Positions 57,160 to 64,000 of a DNA stretch of 64,000 nt are shown here, one piece after another. The DNA comes from the human T2T-CHM13v2.0 reference genome, Homo sapiens. The position numbers were made by a program, and so were the translations under genes. The stretch's first letter is position 1, and each line of letters starts with the position of its first letter. The stretch lies in NCBI RefSeq assembly GCF_009914755.1, contig NC_060931.1, one strand, 5' to 3'. The notes beneath the pieces are model-generated. The model ran no database searches and was not told the DNA's origin. It was given only the letters and a program-made list of their open reading frames with translations.

Positions 57160-58700
57160 TTTTTTTAAACTTTTATTTTGAAATAATTTTAGACTCATAT
57201 AAAATTTGTAAAAATAGTATGTTTTCAGTGTACCCAGCTTCTTCCAATGATAACATTTTACATAACCAGAATACAGTGATCAGAAATAGGAAACTGACAT
57301 TGGTGAAACATTATTGGTCTACACTATAGCCCTTATTTAGATTTCACCAGTTTTTATGTATGCCCCTTTTGTGTGGGTGCATATGTGTGTGTATTTCTTT
57401 GAAATTTTATCTTCAATGTAGCTTTAATTTGCATTTCTTTTATGGTGAATGAGTTAAATATCTTTTCATAAGTTTAATTACAATTTTTATATCTTTTATG
57501 TGAATTATTTGTTCATGTATTTGCCCACTTTTGTATCTGGTTTTCATATTCTTTTTCTTAAATTTTAACAATTCTTTAAGCATTAGGAATATCAGCTCTT
57601 TATTTGTGATATATGTTGCAAATATTTTAGTTTGTCAGTTTTATTTAGATTAAAAAATTTTTTTGAAAAGATAACAGTTGTGTTAAAATATAGTTCATAT
57701 ACCATATATTTCACACATCTAAAGCAGACATTTGAATGTTTTCCAGTATATTCAGAGTTGTGCAACCATCACCACAATTAGTTTTAGAATATTATTGTCA
57801 CTTCTTTCCTGGAAACAAACAAACCTTACAGTCATTAGCAGTCACTATTTCCTTCCCAAATTTTCCAACTTTAGGTAAAGACCAACCTACTTTCTATTGC
57901 TAAGGATTTGCCTATTCTTGAAATTTCTCCTTATATCCTAAGACTTAATAGGTCTAACAGACATGATATTTTGAAGAGCTATAATGTATTCTATGGTAAA
58001 ATGTTGCCATATTTATTTAAGCCATCATGATTATTAAATATTTTGGTTGTTTCCAAATTTAACCTTATAAACGATGCATTTGATTAAGTTATGACTACTT
58101 TTCTGTTCATTTCCTAAAGATAAATTTTGAGAAATCAAATTGTTTGGTCAAGGACTGGGCACATTTTTAAAGCTTTTGTCACGTTTTGACAAAAACAAAC
58201 AAAAAAAAAATTGAAAGATGTTTTCAATTTGAACTCCCTTTGAGAATGGATAATTCTTGAACCTTTACCAAAAACTATAATTAGAGATTATTTAAAAAAT
58301 TATCTTATTTGAAAGATGCTTCTAACTCTCTGATTAACAGGAATTCAAATTTTTTATAATCACATTTATTAGATATTCTTATGACAGACTGACCTTGCTC
58401 TTTGACCATTTATAATTGAAATGATAGTTTCTTACTGATTCCTAAGAGCTTATATATGAAATATATTCACAAGTTTTGTCAAATATATTGCCAATTTGTC
58501 TCCATGTTGCCTTTTAAAATTTTGTTTCTGCTCTTTTTGTTCTATAGATGTGAAAACATTTTTATAAATATATTAATCTTTTGTGTTTTAATCTTGAAAA
58601 TTACACATATTATGTATACACCTGAAGGAAAGCCTTTTTCTAATTCCTTTATTTTTATTTTATCCATTAGTATATGTGGAACTTTTTGACTTGTATAAAT
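57160..58700 (-). mobile_element. Cluster of old L1M (MB/MC/ME) fragments
   Basis: TTTATTTTGAAATAATTTTAGACTCA; TTTAATTTGCATTTC; GAGTTGTGCAACCATCACCACAAT. Confidence 0.65.
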
Positions 58701-61700
58701 ATTAGGGGGAGCTCTGTGTTTCCCTAATTAAACAATTGTGGCATATGCATTCTGTAGAAGCCAATGGTGATGCATTTCCACAGGAACTATTCCTGCTCAA
58801 AAAAAAAAATCAGTGAAATTTGTCTAACGTACTCTTATGCCATAAATACAAACAATTATCATAATCATTTGCCTGTGCTTAAAGTTATTTCAGTCAGCAC
58901 ATTACTAATAATTTGCTAACTTAGAATATCAAACATTAATCATTATATTTTGTATACCTTAAAACACATACTGAATGTTTTTAAAGATGCAGACAACCAG
59001 CACACCTTCCCACCCAAGCTAATTTCAGTGTAATTTAAAATTGATTTGAATCTGTATATGGAAGATGCGCATGGCTTGTTCTTAAGTTTTGTGGAGAAAT
59101 CAGAGAATTTTAGACCTGCACAACACAGTCTCCTTCTGTACCTGAGATAAAAGCGGGAGCTATTTTTTGTTTGTTTGTTTTTCCTTTCTGCTCTGGGTTT
59201 ATAATTAGAATACAAATAGTCTTGGTCCTGCAAAAAAAAAAATCTAGGGAAGAATTATTGATATAAAATAGATTTGATTTTTTTATGGCATTTCCTGAAT
59301 CAGAATCAAATTGTTTGGCCGAAGATGTGTTTGGTTCCATCTTAACTGTTGCTGACTTCAGTCATTGCTGTTTGAAATTTCCCTTAGGCCGAACCTAGCC
59401 TATAGCTCACTGCTTGCACTATCATCCTGTGGGGAAGCAAAACAAAACAATACTGGCACAGAAATCAACCTTCTCCCATAATAATGTCCTTAGGAACAGG
59501 CCTGATAGCCACATTGAAAAAAGCATAGTTGCACCATATCTGATGTAGCCATTTCTTGCACTATGAACTCTGAGGAATTTAGGCTGGACCATCGATTTGA
59601 AAATACATCAGTGTCAGTGCAGTGAGGCCAGGGCAGTTTGAATGGTCGTCTTCATGCTAAAATCTGATTGTTTTTATTGAATGCTTTTATTTTTTAACCT
59701 GTTGTAAATTTATATTTGCATAATATAAATTTGCAATTTAATATTTTATATCCTCTTTCAATATTTCCTTTCTGCTTTTTTTTTTTGCTATTCTATCTTC
59801 CGCTTAAAAAAAAGTAAGTATTGTTGACATTAATCAGTTTCAAGGATGATAGGAAAAAGAGGTTTGTTTTTCTAACTAGTTATCTCCCCTTTCTAACTTC
59901 AGAATATTTGAGGATGCAATCTCACCTCTGTTATTTACTGTGAGAATTTGAGGAAATTACTTAACTTTTCTGATTCTATTTTTCTAATCCGTAAAATGGG
60001 ATGAAAACTGCTGTCTTGTAAGGCAGTAGTGAGGGTTAACAGGTTCTTTAGCTCTTACAAAAAAGTCAAGTGATTACATGTATCTGACATGTTGCTAGGG
60101 AGTTACAATATTAAGATGAAGAAGGTAGAAAGTCAGGGACTTGGCCCTCAATAAATTTTAGGACCAGTAAAAGATAGGAAAATTTAGAGTCTGCGAGTTT
60201 GAAAGAGACTGGTTCTAGAAGAGCAATTCATTATTTCTGCTAATAATATAATGCAAAAAATCAGTTGCCATCATATTTGAATGTTTGTTTTATTATTAAC
60301 TTAATGGAGAGCCTTAAGTCTATTGACCTCATGTGAGAAAGCCAAGCTTCTCAAATAATTTGATTGCATCTCTGTGAATTTATTTCACTAGGGTGAGGAA
60401 ATTGAGAACCAGAGACTTGGGGTGATTTTCTTAAGGCTTTAGTGACAAGATCAAGGCTAGGTCCAAATTTCCAGTAGATTTATGTAACTTAGTGCATTTT
60501 TATACTTATGCCAAAATTACTTATTTTCTTTTTATCAGAAACACTATTCAGAAAATGAGATCAGATGTTTTTTCAGGTAGAGTACAATTAAAAAAAGAAA
60601 AAACAATTACAGAGAAAGCTCTTATCCAGAAATGGGGCTAGTTTTCAGCATCTATTTGGAATTTAAATGCATTCTAGTGAACTCCAAGCAGATTAGCCTG
60701 TATTTGAAATATAAGGTCAAGTGGGAGGTTATAATCAGAAAGAATTAGAACTCCAGAAATTAAAGTTACCTTGAGAGTAAATGGCTGTTCTATATGGAAT
60801 TATTTTTTGTTAAAACAATTTTACACAAAATGCCTTTATAGGTAACTATTATTTTAACCAAATGTAATAATATACGAATGACATGAAGGAATGTAGGCTA
60901 TATTGCGAATTATTTTTGAATTGTGACTGTTACAGCTATTATAACCAGGAGTGTAGCTAAAAACCTAGTATTATGTATTAAGACAATAAGCTGATCACAC
61001 ATATTAATTCGTGCTTTAGAATTCCAATATAGTCTATACAAGAAAAACTAGTCATCTCCAGTTGCTTAAAAGACAAGTAATTCTAATAATCTTGTGAATG
61101 CAGAATTGAAAACGCACATGATAATGGATAATGGAGTTAAAGTAATAGAAAGTTCTTGAAGAAACTTATGAACCCCTTCTGAGATTTACTTTATAATGAT
61201 TTATAGATTATCTTGATTGGCGTGATGGTATTATGGGTTTTTATATTTGTCAAAATTTATTGAACTATACGCTCACTTTGTGTATATATTTTACTATATA
61301 TATATATTATATCCCAATAAAGTAGTTTGAACAAAACATCACCTTAAGTTGAACGATGCTATATTGATGTCAGATGCTCTGTTTGCCAAACTATTTTTCG
61401 CCATTCAATCTCCTTGTTCTTTATACTTTGATACTTTGGTTGCTAGAAATGTAGCTCTTGGGAAAAAATAAAAATAATACATTCTTAATAAAAGTATGAT
61501 GAAATACTCACTTGCAAAATGTCCAGAACAACATATGACAGAATTTTGACATCTATGAAAGGCACCAGCCCTCTTTGGATTTCTGCAGCATTTTCTTTTG
61601 TACAAGGAAATAATGCTCATATAGAAAAGACACTACTGAACTTTCAGAGGTCTCCTACGAACGGAACTGTAGTACTCATTGTATTTTAATCAATTGGAGT

Positions 61701-61779
61701 TTTATTCTATTTTTATATTACTTTAAAATTGGAGTTTACACATTGGTAATATTAACATTTTTTAGTGGTAATAAAATTA

Positions 61780-62280
61780 CATGCTGCAAGGAAATCAGGA
61801 TACAGTAGCATACTGCTTTAATTTTTAGAAGTTAGTGTGAACCCAAGATCATGAAATCACTTTTCTATCTCTGTTGCTGAAAGCTTCTGAAGCTGGCAAT
61901 AGAAGTAGCTACACCTTCACATCACCAGTACTCCTGATTGCCCCCTTGTGTCGATATATTGAATTTTAATCCCCGTCAAAAAAGGGGAACCAGGCCTTCT
62001 TAGAGATCTCATTCTGTTGTTGGAGGAGAGATCATTCAGAATGAGCACAGAATTTTCTATTATTGCAAAAAGCAAAAAGTGTTTTTAAATATATCAAACC
62101 TATTCCTGAATGGACAAAGAACCCCACTGAAGAAGGCTATCACTGGCCAATGGATAAAAATGTAAGCTTAAATAAGCTTGAATTCAAATGAAAATAATTT
62201 GAATCTGTAAAAAGCCATGAGTTCAAAATATAATTTAAAGGAAAAGTTACAATAAAATTTGCAATGGTGTAGTTATGATG
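61780..62280 (+). mobile_element. Old L1M (L1MC-like) 3' region
   Basis: AAAGGGGAACCAGGCCTTCTTAGAG...GAAGAAGGCTATCACTGGCC motifs. Confidence 0.5.
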
Positions 62281-63689
62281 CCAAGAAAGGGTAACTTCGA
62301 TAGTAGATATTTGCTTTTTATTTATTTTATCAACTATGTAGAATGTGTGTGTACAGGTATTCTATATATGCATATACATATATCCTTTTTCAGTGTTTAA
62401 GATTGTTTCATGTATATATAGTTATTAATTATAAGCAAAATGAAAGCAAATACCTAAAAGAAAAAGAAAATATAAATATTTGAGCTCATATAAGCTCTGC
62501 ATATGCAGATTGTGTGCATGTATATGTGTTTGTGCATCTTTGTGTAGCTAGTCTATGGGAAAGAGTAAAGAGGATTAAATTTGAGTGAGCCAAACATTCT
62601 CTGTAAAGGTAAAAACAATTTATAAATGACAGGATGTTGTAGCAGATATTTTCTTACTAAACAATCCTGGTATATGATAACCACTTAGAAAGATACTGTA
62701 TCAAAGGGACAGCCAAGGTATATACAAGGGATCAAGGTGATCCTTTGATCACCTCTGGCGGTCATACACATTAATTAGTTAACACCACGTTTTGAGATAA
62801 TAGGTTAGCCAGGTTCCAAAAAGAAGAATTGTTGGGGCAGACTTGAACCTTCATTTTCTAGTAGATAAATTGCCTTGATTCTCATTCTGTTGAAGTTATA
62901 GATAAATTCCACAGAAGTTTTGAATCACAATAAGTGACTAGGTAACAACACAAGAATAATGAGGTAGCATTGATCATTTCAAAAGTAGAGATCACATGTT
63001 TTCTGGAAAAGATGTGAAAGGCTTGGACTTAAAAGTCCCATGGGGCAGCAAATCAAATCACTCTGGACTACACAAAGAATCACTTGGTAGTCAAGCAAGA
63101 ACAACAATAACATTTACATTCAGATAGAGTTCTATTTTTAAATTAAGTAAAATTATTATCATTCTAGGAAGTTGCTAAACGAAGTATCTACTTCAAATAC
63201 TTACCCTTTAGAGGGCATAATACTAGAAATAATAAATTATAAATATATAAAAATGTATAAATGCACAAATGAGTAAATGAATGTTGATCAACATTCTACT
63301 GAATACTTGAGGGTCTCTATGCAGATTTCCAGAGCATGCTATCTCTCTCTCTCTCTATGCAATTCGCTCTTTCCCAGTATTCTGTCCTGCAAACACTTGC
63401 CACCTGGATTCCAAGTCTCCTCACCTTTGGAAGTCCATCAGCCTTATTCAGAGGAGTGAACAGGGGGCCGATGTAGGAATCACTTCATTTATTTCCTGTC
63501 TGACAAGGAACTCTGTTCTTTGTTGGCTGATGTCCAGTGTTTTGAAAAACCTTGATTAATAGTTTTTGGTTTTTCTTTTGTTTGTTTCAGGGAGGGCAAA
63601 ACTATTTTCTGTTAGTTCTTCTTTGCCACAAGCCAGAAAGGACATATATGTTTACTATTATTGTAACAAAATAGGAAGTCCTCATAAAG

Positions 63690-64000
63690 TTTTTCTGCTG
63701 CATATCAAAATAAGATGGTTGCCCCCAAAAAAGCACTTGTCCAATTGATTGAGTTGAGAGCTAAACAATCCCCTTTCTTCATGGTACACAATATATTTTT
63801 TTTTGTAAAGAGTAACTGACAGACAAATTATGGTTATTCATGCTTGGCTATATGGCAAACATTTACTTTAAAATGAAAGAAGTGATCCTGTAACTTCAAG
63901 ACAAAATAAGTGATCAATATTTGTTGCCAGTGATAAAATTGAAGCTGTCAAATGAAATCGAAATTTTGGAAAACTTGTGTGACATCCACTGTGAGTTGAG
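63690..64000 (+). mobile_element. Charlie1-type hAT transposase fossil, running off the window end
   Basis: Translates LLHIKIRWL (cf. LLHTEVRWLSRG) and LTDKLWLFMLGYMANIY (cf. WLxRLxYLADIF), with frameshifts and stops. Confidence 0.8.

Noticed and set aside
62735-62754. 8-bp hairpin AGGTGATC-CTTT-GATCACCT
   Set aside because: Short, compatible with chance, and probably inside old L1M sequence.

Overview
AT-rich human (primate) genomic DNA, rich in interspersed repeats: Alu, L1, L2, MIR, MaLR LTRs, hAT-Charlie DNA transposon fossils and microsatellites. The one credible protein-coding gene is TEX47 (C7orf62), a 253-aa ORF on the minus strand at 20816-21577. Its CDS is uninterrupted. I predict a 5'-UTR intron at 21682-22274 and a polyA signal at 20760-20765. 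From recalled annotation, TEX47 is nested antisense in the large first intron of ZNF804B (7q21), so the whole window is probably ZNF804B intron; no ZNF804B exon is visible. The most interesting signal is that TEX47 residues ~46-150 align motif by motif with the flavin blue-light sensor BLUF domain, but the photoactive Tyr/Gln/Met positions are replaced by Leu/His/Val. Other notable items: three tiny uORFs in the TEX47 leader (one created by the splice junction), a tandemly duplicated 20-bp palindrome upstream of TEX47, a cryptic ~60-bp degenerate tandem array interrupted by an L1PA, and a dispersed ~110-bp duplication carrying a DR1-like motif. Repeat subfamily calls were made by eye from remembered consensus sequences and their boundaries are approximate.
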